The notes: generated by a model not told the origin, from the letters alone. 64,000 nucleotides of DNA from Thermodesulfobacteriota bacterium (GCA_965223335.1 OZ244991.1:384001-448000), one strand, 5' to 3'. Numbered from the stretch's first letter, positions 39,422 through 49,979 are shown. Translations and numbers: made by a program.

Positions 39422-41674
39422 ATGGATAACGAACTTAGCAGGGTCGTGTTTTTAAACTCCCCCGGCTACCTAGAACTCCTGCTTCTAACCATATTATTCG
39501 TAGCACTCCTATTCGGATCTTATCGGAGCACTAACTCTCTTAACTCGCTCAAGAAAAAATCGCTTATCCTGACACTTCATACACTTGCCTTCTTACTTGC
39601 GGCCGCCATAGTACTAAACCCCGCAATCCGGACCGAAAACTACCTAAATGAAAAGAAAACTCTAGCAGTGTTAATCGACCAATCCTACAGCATGAGTCTA
39701 GCAGGGGACACACAGGGCGCTACACGCCAAGAGCTCCTTCAACAGTACCTGTCAGAGAACAAAAATTATATAAACGAACTAAAGAAACACTATAATATCA
39801 ACTACTTTAGTTTTGACAGCACGGTAGCTCCGTTGACAGAAGGCATTGATCTATCCAATCCCCCACTGGGGAAAAAGACCGACATAGCAAAGAGCATAAG
39901 ATCAATAACCGAGCAAAGGAACATAAAGGGTGTTGATGCCGTACTGCTATTTTCAGACGGTGGTACTCAAGGTACATCCGCAACCTCAGAACTAAATAAA
40001 GGCAGTAAGGTAAACATCCCTATACACACAATCTACACGGCTACGGAAAACCACATGGCTGATCTTTGGATCGACAAAATCCAGGCAAGCGAGATCTCTT
40101 ATCTCCGCTATCCGTTTAAAGTAAAAGCGGTCATCAAATCCGACGGCATAGATTCAAGTGCCATCCCCGTAACACTCTACGAAGGGGACAAGATAATATC
40201 TATACGCCAGGCAAACCTCGACCCCCTAACATCAAAGGGCGAGGTGGAGTTCGTGTTAAACCCCAAATCGCTTGGGAAAAAGGTCTACACAGTATCCATC
40301 CCAAACCTCTCGAGTGAACTGATCAAGGAAAACAATCAGAGGTCATTTGCCACGGACGTGATTATCAACAAGATCAGGATACTGCACGTAGCCGGCAGTC
40401 CGTCGTGGGACGTACGCTTCTTTAGAAAGCTCTTAAAACGTAACCCCAACGTGGACCTCATATCGTTTTTTATACTGCGTGACGCTTCCGACATAGTTTA
40501 CGCATCCGAGAATGAACTAAGCCTTATCCCCTTTCCCGTTAACGATATCTTTGGCACCGAATTAAGTACATTTGATATAGTGATTTTCCAGAATTTCCAG
40601 TATCAGCCCTATGGGATATTCGGGTTCCATCTGAAAAATATCAGAGACTTTGTCGTAAACGACGGCGGAGCTTTTCTAATGATCGGAGGAGACAAGAGTT
40701 TTGAGAGCGGCAACTACGGTAATACCCCCCTGGCCGACATCCTGCCGCTCGATATGGACTATATACCTAGGACACTAGAGGAAACGATTGTTAAGGACAG
40801 CATCGATATCATGCTTACTGAGCTTGGCAAATCACACCCTGTTACACAGTTAAGTACTGATGCGGGTGAAAATGTTGGTTTGTGGGAACAGATGCCCGAC
40901 CTCGAGAGCCACAACCTGGTACGGGGACCTAAGCCGACTGCTCAAGAACTCCTGCAAAGCCTTGCCGGCGATACCGTTCTTGCCATCGGCAAAGCCAAAT
41001 CCGGCAAAACCGCATCTTTCCTCTCCGATTCCTCTTGGAAATGGAGTTTCGAGCGCAATCAGAAGCACAATTCATCCCCGCACTATGTAAAATTCTGGAG
41101 CAGGTTGCTTCGCTGGCTTGTAAACGATCCCGATCTTAAAAATATCAGGGTAAAGACAAACAATAACCACTACAACAGCGGGGATGTAGCGTCCTTCGAT
41201 ATTTGGACTTTGGACAAACGTCGAGCACGCGAAGATATAACAACAGAGCTTACACTGCCCGACGGAACGAAATCAACACTAGAAATTGAATCGGACTTAA
41301 AGAAAGGGTTCAGTACGGATTTAACACTCACCGAATACGGAACATATAAATTGAGCGCCTCAACCCCTGAGAGTTTCACACAGGGTGACGACTCCAACGT
41401 ATATGAAACACTTTTCTTTGTAGGACCCCCGACCGCGGAGCTAAAAGGCACCTCACTCAACAGTAAAAACCTAGCAGACATCGCCAAACTCTCGGGCGGC
41501 AGTAGTATCTCGATAAAAACCCCCCTCGAGGCAATTAATATTGACCGATCGCCCAAGAAATCCATCACTGGGTACAGCACCAAAAAGCTGTGGGTCACCC
41601 CGATTCTGCTTGGAATCATAATAGCCCTTTTATCCGCAGACTGGTTCCTCAGGAGACGCTGGGGACTAAGGTAA
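39422..41674 (+). CDS. Membrane-anchored vWA and glutamine-amidotransferase-like domain protein
   Basis: Two N-terminal TM helices, MIDAS DQSYSM...FSDG, GGAFLMIGG..SF, C-terminal TM + WFLRRRWGL. Confidence 0.75.
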   Translation: MDNELSRVVFLNSPGYLELLLLTILFVALLFGSYRSTNSLNSLKKKSLILTLHTLAFLLAAAIVLNPAIRTENYLNEKKTLAVLIDQSYSMSLAGDTQGATRQELLQQYLSENKNYINELKKHYNINYFSFDSTVAPLTEGIDLSNPPLGKKTDIAKSIRSITEQRNIKGVDAVLLFSDGGTQGTSATSELNKGSKVNIPIHTIYTATENHMADLWIDKIQASEISYLRYPFKVKAVIKSDGIDSSAIPVTLYEGDKIISIRQANLDPLTSKGEVEFVLNPKSLGKKVYTVSIPNLSSELIKENNQRSFATDVIINKIRILHVAGSPSWDVRFFRKLLKRNPNVDLISFFILRDASDIVYASENELSLIPFPVNDIFGTELSTFDIVIFQNFQYQPYGIFGFHLKNIRDFVVNDGGAFLMIGGDKSFESGNYGNTPLADILPLDMDYIPRTLEETIVKDSIDIMLTELGKSHPVTQLSTDAGENVGLWEQMPDLESHNLVRGPKPTAQELLQSLAGDTVLAIGKAKSGKTASFLSDSSWKWSFERNQKHNSSPHYVKFWSRLLRWLVNDPDLKNIRVKTNNNHYNSGDVASFDIWTLDKRRAREDITTELTLPDGTKSTLEIESDLKKGFSTDLTLTEYGTYKLSASTPESFTQGDDSNVYETLFFVGPPTAELKGTSLNSKNLADIAKLSGGSSISIKTPLEAINIDRSPKKSITGYSTKKLWVTPILLGIIIALLSADWFLRRRWGLR

Positions 41675-41745
41675 GCATGTAAACATTGATTTGACCATAT
41701 AAAGTCGGTACATATTTACTGACCAAATCATATCAGGGAAACGTA

Positions 41746-42510
41746 ATGCTGCTTGCAATTGACATAGGCAATTCCAACATCGTCTTCGGTATATTTGATA
41801 GCGAGGATCTGATCTCTCACTGGCGAATTGGCACAGACAAAAGCAAAACCGCCGACGAGTACGGAATACTTTTAAAAAACCTCATAGATCTAAGGGACAT
41901 TAAGGACCTCAAAGTTACTCGTGCAATCATTGCCTCTGTGGTCCCCACTCTAAAGCCTATTTTTGTAGAACTTGTTAAAACATACTTCACGGAAAACCAG
42001 CTATTGGTAGAGCCGGGCACAAAAACCGGTATGCCGGTTCTATACCATAACCCCAAGGAGGTGGGTGCCGACAGGATTGTAAATGGAGTTGCTGCCTATG
42101 ACCGCTACAAAAACAGTGTAGTCGTGGTTGACTTCGGCACTGCTACTACGTTCGACTGCATCTCAAAAGAGGGGGAATATCTGGGTGGCCTCATAACACC
42201 CGGGCTTCATATTTCGGCCGAAGCACTGTTCCAAAATGCATCTAAACTCCCCAGGGTCGAGGTCAGCAAACCTAAAACAATAATAGGCAAAACCACGGTA
42301 GAGAGTATTCAATCAGGCATAGTATACGGGTACGCCGGGCTTGTGGACGGGATTGTAAAAAAGATCAAGCTCGAACTGGACGATAATTGCAATGTGATCG
42401 CAACAGGTGGGATGGCGGAGCTTATCTCTTCAGAGAGTGAGACCATAGAAGATATAGACGAGTTCCTCACACTCAAGGGACTAAGGATTATAAGCAATAT
42501 AAATGACTAG
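41746..42510 (+). CDS. coaX: Type III pantothenate kinase
   Basis: DIGNS, GADR, VDFGTATT, ATGG. Confidence 0.95.
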   Translation: MLLAIDIGNSNIVFGIFDSEDLISHWRIGTDKSKTADEYGILLKNLIDLRDIKDLKVTRAIIASVVPTLKPIFVELVKTYFTENQLLVEPGTKTGMPVLYHNPKEVGADRIVNGVAAYDRYKNSVVVVDFGTATTFDCISKEGEYLGGLITPGLHISAEALFQNASKLPRVEVSKPKTIIGKTTVESIQSGIVYGYAGLVDGIVKKIKLELDDNCNVIATGGMAELISSESETIEDIDEFLTLKGLRIISNIND

Positions 42511-42880
42511 ATTTACCGTATTTAAACACCTAACCGACCACACTCACACAGATTTAATCATAGAAGTAAATTCCGAAACAATCTCCTTACTACTGCCAAA
42601 AGGCCTGCCTAGGGAGCTCGGCAGCAGAAAGCTGGCCATCGAGACTGAGGAGGTGTTTGAGAACTCAGATGAGTACAAGGGCCACTATGGCCAAGGCACA
42701 TCGGAAGTGGTCGACACTGGCGAGCTCAAACTCGAGTACCAAAATCAAAACAAAAAGATATTCCACGCCACAGGAGATGTTTTCCGGGGCAGGTTTATAC
42801 TACTGTTGCCGAGTTGGGGGCGGTGGACCCGACACACTCTATGGACACTCGAAAAAATCCCCCCTCAGCCCAAACTTTAA
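42503..42880 (+). CDS. Stand-alone, divergent LigD 3'-phosphoesterase (LigD_N)-like domain
   Basis: FTVFKH..HTD, PKG, RKLAIETE, YGQG...DTG, GRFIL, WTLEK follow the LigD PE motif order. Confidence 0.6.
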   Translation: MTRFTVFKHLTDHTHTDLIIEVNSETISLLLPKGLPRELGSRKLAIETEEVFENSDEYKGHYGQGTSEVVDTGELKLEYQNQNKKIFHATGDVFRGRFILLLPSWGRWTRHTLWTLEKIPPQPKL

Positions 42881-42975
42881 GCTTCTATACGAAATCGGTG
42901 TTATCGGCAGGTTTCGCGATTGACTTGTTACCGAACTCTATGTAATAAATTCAAACTCTTAAAGGTGGTGATGGT

Positions 42976-43749
42976 ATGTCCAAAGAAACTGCATTAATCA
43001 CAGGGGCCTCATCTGGAATCGGTATGGAACTGGCTCGACTCTTTGCCCAAGACGGCTCGGACCTCGTTGTGGTCGCACGGCGCGAGGAAAGGCTTGCAGA
43101 ACTTGCCCAGGAACTTAACGAAAAGTACGGTGTCGATGTCAAGGTACTACCCAAGGATCTATCGAAACCCAAAAGCCCGAACGAAATATTTAAAACACTC
43201 AAGAAAGAAAAAATAGATGTAGATGTAGTCGTCAACAACGCTGGGTTCGGTGCAAGGGGTTCAATCGCAGACATAGAGACCGATACCCAGGTAGACATGG
43301 TGCAGGTGAACGTCATGACGCTTACACACCTCACATCACTTTTTTTGCCCGGGATTATTGAAAGAAACAGGGGCGGTATACTAAACGTCGGTTCACTTGC
43401 GGGGTTTCAACCAGGCCCCAACTTAGCAGTTTATTACGCCACCAAAGCATATGTACTCTCATTTACAGAAGCCCTGGCGGAAGAGGTTGTCGGCACTAAT
43501 GTTAACGTATCGTGCTTGGCACCCGGACCTGTAAAGACAGAGTTCGGCTCAAAATCGGGTTTGGAAGATTCGCTTTTGTTCAAGATGAGCCTTATGGATG
43601 TAGAGAGTGTTGCGAAAGCAGGTTACAAAGGTTTTCGCAATGGTAAAGTAATAGTTATACCGGGCCTAAAACAACAGGTCACACCGTTTTTAGTGCGCCT
43701 CACTCCCCGCTCGTTGGTCAGAAAAATTGTAAAAAGCATTCAGTCCTGA
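42976..43749 (+). CDS. Short-chain dehydrogenase/reductase
   Basis: TGASSGIG, NNAG, YYATK. Confidence 0.92.
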   Translation: MSKETALITGASSGIGMELARLFAQDGSDLVVVARREERLAELAQELNEKYGVDVKVLPKDLSKPKSPNEIFKTLKKEKIDVDVVVNNAGFGARGSIADIETDTQVDMVQVNVMTLTHLTSLFLPGIIERNRGGILNVGSLAGFQPGPNLAVYYATKAYVLSFTEALAEEVVGTNVNVSCLAPGPVKTEFGSKSGLEDSLLFKMSLMDVESVAKAGYKGFRNGKVIVIPGLKQQVTPFLVRLTPRSLVRKIVKSIQS

Positions 43750-46271
43750 TTCTCCATGCTGTAAAACTTCCGAAGCTCACCAAGCACCTTTTCAGTATTG
43801 GTTATCAATGTCGGGCACTTGGGCAGTGAATCGAGAAAATACTTGCCGTAGAACTTGGTTGTGATCCTCCTGTCCAGTATGAGTACGGCACCTGTGTCTG
43901 ATTTACTGCGAATCAACCTCCCGAATCCCTGCTTAAACTTAAGCACCGCCACAGGCACGCTGTATTCCAGGAATGAATTAATCCCCTCGCTCTCCATGTG
44001 CTCGACCCTTGCCTCGACTATGGGATCGGTAGGCACCCTAAACGGCAGTCGTGTAATTATCACCAAACGTAGCGACTCCCCTGGCACATCCACTCCCTCC
44101 CAAAAACTGTCTGTGGCAAACAGCACAGAGCTCTCTTCATTTCGCAGTTTATCGAGGAGCCTTGACCGTGGCATCGAGCCCTGTTTTAGGGTAATTACTC
44201 CGCTTAGCTCAAGACTCTCATAGATCTCCTTATGTACTCTCTGCAGCAGTGCGTACGAGGTAAATAGCACAAGTGCATTGCCCCCGGAAGCAATCACCGC
44301 ACGCCTTATGATCTCGGTTATCACTTCAGCAAACTCAGGTCTAAGAGGCTCAGGAATATCGTCCGGAATTGTGAGCAACAACTGGTCCTCATAGTTAAAC
44401 GGCGAGAGAAGTACCTGCTCCCCAACCCTTTCATTATCGAGGAGCCCGAGTTCAGTCTTTATGAATTTAAACGATTTGTTTACTGCCATGGTTGCCGAGG
44501 TTAACACCACAGAACCGCATTTTGAAAATAACCTCTCGTTAAGGGGCATCGATATATCTAGGGGCGAGAGCCCTATGCCCGAGATAATGCTTCCTCGGCT
44601 TGTTCTGCCCTCTATCCATCTCACAAGCCCGTCGTCCTCTTTACTAAGAAACGAGCTTGCCACATCCCCATAGTACTCGAGCTTGTTGGCAACTCCCCTG
44701 AACTCTACAATGAGTTTCGCAACCTCATTCTCCTCTTCGTAATCAATCATCAGGTCTAAAAACGCTTTTATCTCTTCACGGAGCTCAATCAGCTTTATTC
44801 TCAGCAGTGAGAATTTCCTGTCCACCTCTTCCCACTCGTCTTTATTGTGCAGTGACTCGGTCACACGTATGCTAACATCATCTTTTTGCGTATCTCCACT
44901 GTTACCATTGGCAGATTCAAGCGCAAACCCATATAGAAAATCAAAAGCATCACGCGTATAGGTTTCCGCCTCGTCAATCCTGGGCGACATGTGGCTATCC
45001 ATATTGAGCAGCATGTTGTGCAGCGCACCCTTACGAAAGTATTTTGTGAGTTTGGCAGCCAGCGAGGAAGCATAGTAGATAAGTCCCTTGTTATCGCCGT
45101 TTTTCGATTTTCTCTTAAGCCTTCTAAGAAGCCTGATAATACCAAATTTTGTGGTCCTCATTCCGAAGTGTGAGGTTGCAGAGTCCGGTATGTGATGGGC
45201 CTCATCAAAAATCACACGACGGTAAGGCGGTAGTATCCCCGCGTCGCTCTGTTCACTTGCACCTTTAATCGCCAGATCCGAGAAAAGCAGGTGATGGTTC
45301 ACCACTAGGAGTTGAGACGAGGCAATCTCGCGACGAGATTTATAGAAAAAGCAGTTTGAGTAATAAGGACACCTCACACGCAAACAGCTGTCACTCTCGG
45401 CAGTCACCTTGTCCCACACACTGTCGGGGGGACTGAAGCTAAGGTCAGACAGCGAACCGTCTCTAGTAACTTTGATCCACTCCAAAATACTGCCGAGCGG
45501 GTCCACTTCGTCGTCCTCAGCCATATCAAACAGCCCCTCGCTCACAGTCTCGGCCCGGAGCAAACAAACATAGTTACCCATCCCCTTCACTAGCGAGTAT
45601 GTAAACTTCTCACCCAAGGCCTCCTCTAATAGCGGGATATCCTTCTCGATCAACTGCTCCTGGAGATTAATCGTATTTGTAGATACCACTACCCTCTCGC
45701 CATTACTGATTGCCCATTTCACTGCTGGCACCAGATACGCAAGTGTTTTCCCAGTGCCCGTACCGGCCTCTATTATAGTAATCTCATCGTCGTTAAACGA
45801 CCTGCACACGCTATTGGCCATCTCAAGCTGCTCCCGCCTCAACTCATAGCCCCCGCCCATCTTGCGGGCTATGGCCCCCTCGGGCATGAGTGCGGATTGT
45901 ACCTCTTCCTCATCTAGCGGTATCAGGTGTTGTTCTTGGAAAGGTTCAACTACTACATAGACCTCCGTAGCACTGTTGTCAGTTATATAGAACCCGATCC
46001 CCTGGTTGCCGAATACAGATGCGGTCTGCACGTCTTCGGGTGAGGGATGAATATTGCCGGAGGGATGATTATGCACTACAATGTCGCCCGGATCGGCTGC
46101 TTCTATTATGGCGGGCACGGAATTTATGTTGCCCCTTGCCACTACTTTAACGCTCTCTATTTTGGTGTCGGAATCGGTCTTACCCACAAAGAACAGTTCG
46201 TTCCCATCGGATTCTTTAATGGCTGCTTTAATCTCTTCTCTGGCTGATTCGGATATGAGCTCTCTGGGCAC
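43740..46271 (-). CDS. DinG/YoaA family Fe-S helicase with N-terminal JAB (RadC-like) domain
   Basis: EAGTGTGKT, DEAHH, four-Cys cluster, FWEGVD, QGFGRLIR; N-terminal HNHPSG...SPED. Confidence 0.88.
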   Translation of the reverse strand: MPRELISESAREEIKAAIKESDGNELFFVGKTDSDTKIESVKVVARGNINSVPAIIEAADPGDIVVHNHPSGNIHPSPEDVQTASVFGNQGIGFYITDNSATEVYVVVEPFQEQHLIPLDEEEVQSALMPEGAIARKMGGGYELRREQLEMANSVCRSFNDDEITIIEAGTGTGKTLAYLVPAVKWAISNGERVVVSTNTINLQEQLIEKDIPLLEEALGEKFTYSLVKGMGNYVCLLRAETVSEGLFDMAEDDEVDPLGSILEWIKVTRDGSLSDLSFSPPDSVWDKVTAESDSCLRVRCPYYSNCFFYKSRREIASSQLLVVNHHLLFSDLAIKGASEQSDAGILPPYRRVIFDEAHHIPDSATSHFGMRTTKFGIIRLLRRLKRKSKNGDNKGLIYYASSLAAKLTKYFRKGALHNMLLNMDSHMSPRIDEAETYTRDAFDFLYGFALESANGNSGDTQKDDVSIRVTESLHNKDEWEEVDRKFSLLRIKLIELREEIKAFLDLMIDYEEENEVAKLIVEFRGVANKLEYYGDVASSFLSKEDDGLVRWIEGRTSRGSIISGIGLSPLDISMPLNERLFSKCGSVVLTSATMAVNKSFKFIKTELGLLDNERVGEQVLLSPFNYEDQLLLTIPDDIPEPLRPEFAEVITEIIRRAVIASGGNALVLFTSYALLQRVHKEIYESLELSGVITLKQGSMPRSRLLDKLRNEESSVLFATDSFWEGVDVPGESLRLVIITRLPFRVPTDPIVEARVEHMESEGINSFLEYSVPVAVLKFKQGFGRLIRSKSDTGAVLILDRRITTKFYGKYFLDSLPKCPTLITNTEKVLGELRKFYSMENQD

Positions 46272-46358
46272 CCCATGAGTCTACATAATTTGCGTTGTTT
46301 TAAAATTCGGTTTATTGCACATAGCACTTAGTTTTGGTACTTTATCTCTGGTCAACCG

Positions 46359-46448
46359 GGAGGGATGGCCGAGCGGACGAAGGCGCTGGTCTCGAAAACC
46401 AGTATGCGGGCAACCGCATCGTGGGTTCGAATCCCACTCCCTCCGCCA
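46359..46448 (+). tRNA. tRNA-Ser (CGA)
   Basis: GGAGGGA/TCCCTCC acceptor stem, CGA anticodon, long variable arm, GTTCGAATC, encoded CCA. Confidence 0.96.
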
Positions 46449-46530
46449 TATAAAGTGCATATTTTTACATTTGCTAAATTAAGTGCCCCTTATATAGACT
46501 TCTTCCATTATAATAATCTGCCCCCAGGCT

Positions 46531-47796
46531 CTACGGACATGTGAACAGATTGCTTACCGTGTCTTGGTATTTTGCCGTCGGGTAGCTTTGCATGGCCGCC
46601 GTTGTAGTCCATTCGTAGATTCCAAAGAATTTATTAGGCGCACTGATATTGGACTCGTCCTCGTCAAACCACTCGAAATAAAACGACTGGACATGGTTCG
46701 TGCACGCCCAAGTTTGATATGTATCGAGCATAGTAGTCAGATCTGTGTATAGCGAGCTATCGTTCGATCCCGGATTACTTGTGTTTCCGGTGGTGTACCC
46801 TGTTTCGGCTATAAATGCCTTACCCGCACACGCTGCGGGATTGTTGGTCTCGTACCACCCGGTGATACTTACATCTACACACTGGGGAGGCGTGTTGCAT
46901 CCGGCCGGCATGTTCTTACCTGTACAGACCACTGTCGCCCCAGGGGGGCTCTGACCCTTGAGCGGGCAGTAGAGATCATACCCTACCCCGTCCAGATTGG
47001 TCTGGTTGCAGTAATCCGCGGCTGTAGGTGTGGTTGGTGAAGTCGGGATCCCCACAAGTGTGGTGGCTATCTTGACATCGCTTCCCCCGGTTATGGCATT
47101 GAGTGCTGTGCGCAGGTTCGTTGCCGCATCCCCCACAACTGTGGGACTACAAGGTGTACATCCGAAACTGCCGTTTACCTCGTTCCCAAGTATTATGCCG
47201 ACTATGGTTCCGTCCTTGATATGAGGCTCGAGCGGGGTTATGTAAGGATCGTACTGTCCCTTTAGAAACGTGGTGGCGAAACTAGGGTCATTGGCAAGCT
47301 TTGTGAGTGTAGCATTCTCGGTACCTACAACGACACTGACACCTTTTTTGCTTGCAGCCTCGGTTACGCTGTAGTTAGGTGAATAGAGCCGTATGAGTCC
47401 CACACCTACGGTACTCATCTGTTCCATGTCCACCTCGTAGCAGTCCGCGCACTCGTCGAGAGTGCAAAAGGGATTGGCGCTCCCGGTGCAGTCGGGCATA
47501 GGAGCAGTGGATATGTTCTTGTAAGCCGCGTTTACGTCACAGCCGTCCATAGATATCTCCCTGTTGTTCCTACAACGCGAAATACTTGTCCACGAATAAT
47601 CAACACCAAACTGCCCACCGCTAAATATGTCTGTGGTTGACCCGTTTAGACTACTGCGGTTTCCAGACTGGTTATTGCACCCTGCTACACCGAGTATTGA
47701 TAATATCAGGATTAGGTACATACATATTGCAGAAATGCTCCGATTCCCTATTCTTTGCATGGGTAAACTCTCCTTTAAGGTCTTCTCTTTTTCCAT
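46531..47796 (-). CDS. Cys-rich lipoprotein with GH17-like glycoside hydrolase barrel
   Basis: Lipobox VAGC; IRLYS, ILGNEV, IAETGY, FEWFDE...FGIY. Confidence 0.7.
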   Translation of the reverse strand: MEKEKTLKESLPMQRIGNRSISAICMYLILILSILGVAGCNNQSGNRSSLNGSTTDIFSGGQFGVDYSWTSISRCRNNREISMDGCDVNAAYKNISTAPMPDCTGSANPFCTLDECADCYEVDMEQMSTVGVGLIRLYSPNYSVTEAASKKGVSVVVGTENATLTKLANDPSFATTFLKGQYDPYITPLEPHIKDGTIVGIILGNEVNGSFGCTPCSPTVVGDAATNLRTALNAITGGSDVKIATTLVGIPTSPTTPTAADYCNQTNLDGVGYDLYCPLKGQSPPGATVVCTGKNMPAGCNTPPQCVDVSITGWYETNNPAACAGKAFIAETGYTTGNTSNPGSNDSSLYTDLTTMLDTYQTWACTNHVQSFYFEWFDEDESNISAPNKFFGIYEWTTTAAMQSYPTAKYQDTVSNLFTCP

Positions 47797-48014
47797 TTTT
47801 TATAATGTCATTTAGTGTATGCAACAGATGCTATTAAGGTTTAAAACTAAGCCCTACCACTGCTAAAAGTATGAAGCCGACTAGTTTTTTAATCAACTGC
47901 AATTAACAGTTATAAGAGAAATGTGTGAGCACTAATATGCAACTATTGACTGTAAAATTTTGTAAAAAAGTCCCATTTTGCGATTCATAAGCTATAATTT
48001 TTCTAATCCACTCT

Positions 48015-49979
48015 TTGGAGGAGCGAATGAGATATCTTTTTGTAACTATATTTGCAACACTTGTAGTCCTACAAATTGCTAATGTTAACGCACTGGCCTC
48101 AGACCAAATCCCAACTGCAACTAAAACGCAGTCCAAAACAAACAGTAAAATTCAGGATGTTATTGATGAACTCAGAAATAATTCAGGCTACAAAACTATA
48201 CAGTCTCAATTTTCCGATCTAACTACAAGTGATCTAAGAGTTAACAATAAAGGAGATATTCAGGTCTACATATACTGCAATGAAGTAAGTCCCGACAACC
48301 TTGATCAAATCGAGTCAATTGGTTTCCAAACTGAAATTACAAACGATCAACTCAAAGTAATGCAAGGATGGGTCCCATATGATCAGGTTGAAACGATAGA
48401 GAACCTGGGCTTCATCGACAGAATCACCCCCCCTGTCTATGCTCACACCAGGGTGGGCGGTGTTACATCAGAGGGTGTAGGGGTAATAAATGCCGACAGT
48501 GCACGTCAGACATTCGGTGTAGACGGTAGCGGCTACAAAATCGGTGTAATATCAGATGGGATCAATTCACTGGCAATATCACAGTCCACAGGGGACCTCC
48601 CAAACTTCGTCTCTGTCAACGACCCCGGATTTGGGGATGAAGGCACGGCACTATTGGAAATCGTCCATGACGTCGCACCCGGGGCCGATCTAGCATTCTC
48701 CACAGGACTCACAACTCTAAGCTTTATAAACGCAATAAATTTCTTCGTATCTACAGGGGTAGATATTATAGTGGATGATCTCGGGTTTTTGGCTGAGCCG
48801 TTTTTTGAAGACGGACCAGTTGCACAGGCTGCAAACCAGGCTGCTAATAACGGCGTAATCTTCATATCGGCCGCAGGCAACGATGCCCTTAACCACTATC
48901 AGGGCCTATACGAGGACGAGGACCCCGGGGACGACGGCAACAACCTTCACGATTTTGGCCTGGCCGATGGTGGCCCGAGCAAAACGGCAATGAGTGTCAG
49001 TGTCCCCCCCTCAGGCATAGTTACGATTGTATTACAGTGGAGCGACCCATTTGGTGCATCTTCTAACGATTATGACCTGTTTATAGTCGATCCTGGCACT
49101 TCCGGCGTGATAGCATTCAGCACAGAGGTGCAGGACGGCGATGACGATCCCCTCGAATTTGTATCAATCAGCAATACTAGTAGTTCCCAAAGCGGCACTT
49201 TCGATCTAGTGATAAACCGTTTTGGTGGCGATGCAAGGACTCTCGAAGTATTTTTTAACGGCCCAGCCACACCACTAGACTTCAACGTCCCCCAAGACAG
49301 CATCTACGGCCACCCGGCTGCTACAGACGTGCTTGCGATAGGCGCTTTTGCACCCAATAGCCAGATCGAGCCGTTTAGCTCCGAAGGCCCCTCATCCATA
49401 TTCACTACAATCCCTGCGGTCTCCACCGCATCAGCCAACATCACTCAGGTCTCTACCACAACCAGAGACACGCCCACAGAGCTACGCCCTAAACCCGATA
49501 TCACTGCTCCAGACGGCGTATCAACATCCGTGGTGGGTTTTAAAACCTTTTTCGGCACCTCTGCTGCCGCACCTCACGCGGCAGGGCTCGCAGCACTGGT
49601 GCTTGAAGCGCTAGAGATCGAGGAACAGTCCACAACCAACCAAGAGCTAATTGCTTCCCGTCAAGCCCAAGAGGCTATAGATATTATGACTGGTACCGCT
49701 ACGGATATAGGCACCCCCGGTTTTGACACACGCTCGGGCTTCGGGCTTGTAGATGCGTTTGCCGCAGTGGAACAGATATTGGGCGGTTCTGGAAACGGAG
49801 GGGGAGGCACACCGCCTGGTCCCGGCTCTAACACGGGTAGTGGGGGCGGCTGTGCACTGAGCAGTACCGATGAGCTGTCAAATAGTTGGATCAGTCTAAG
49901 CTTAGTAGCTCTGGTCCCGGGAATCTTGGTATTATTCAGGCGTAGAAAATTAGATTCTACGATAGAAGATCGAGTGTAA
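48015..49979 (+). CDS. Secreted subtilase (S8/S53-like) with C-terminal sorting signal
   Basis: GVISDG, DEGTA, SAAGN, FFGTSAAAPH; tail GGGC-TM-RRRK. Confidence 0.85.
   Translation: MEERMRYLFVTIFATLVVLQIANVNALASDQIPTATKTQSKTNSKIQDVIDELRNNSGYKTIQSQFSDLTTSDLRVNNKGDIQVYIYCNEVSPDNLDQIESIGFQTEITNDQLKVMQGWVPYDQVETIENLGFIDRITPPVYAHTRVGGVTSEGVGVINADSARQTFGVDGSGYKIGVISDGINSLAISQSTGDLPNFVSVNDPGFGDEGTALLEIVHDVAPGADLAFSTGLTTLSFINAINFFVSTGVDIIVDDLGFLAEPFFEDGPVAQAANQAANNGVIFISAAGNDALNHYQGLYEDEDPGDDGNNLHDFGLADGGPSKTAMSVSVPPSGIVTIVLQWSDPFGASSNDYDLFIVDPGTSGVIAFSTEVQDGDDDPLEFVSISNTSSSQSGTFDLVINRFGGDARTLEVFFNGPATPLDFNVPQDSIYGHPAATDVLAIGAFAPNSQIEPFSSEGPSSIFTTIPAVSTASANITQVSTTTRDTPTELRPKPDITAPDGVSTSVVGFKTFFGTSAAAPHAAGLAALVLEALEIEEQSTTNQELIASRQAQEAIDIMTGTATDIGTPGFDTRSGFGLVDAFAAVEQILGGSGNGGGGTPPGPGSNTGSGGGCALSSTDELSNSWISLSLVALVPGILVLFRRRKLDSTIEDRV

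Noticed and set aside
46359..49979. Integrative island at tRNA-Ser
   Set aside because: No integrase, and no duplicate of the tRNA 3' end was found by eye
49957..49979. Convergent 3' overlap of subtilase and rnr (also SDR/DinG at 43740-43749)
   Set aside because: Short tail-to-tail overlaps are common in compact genomes; there is no evidence of function
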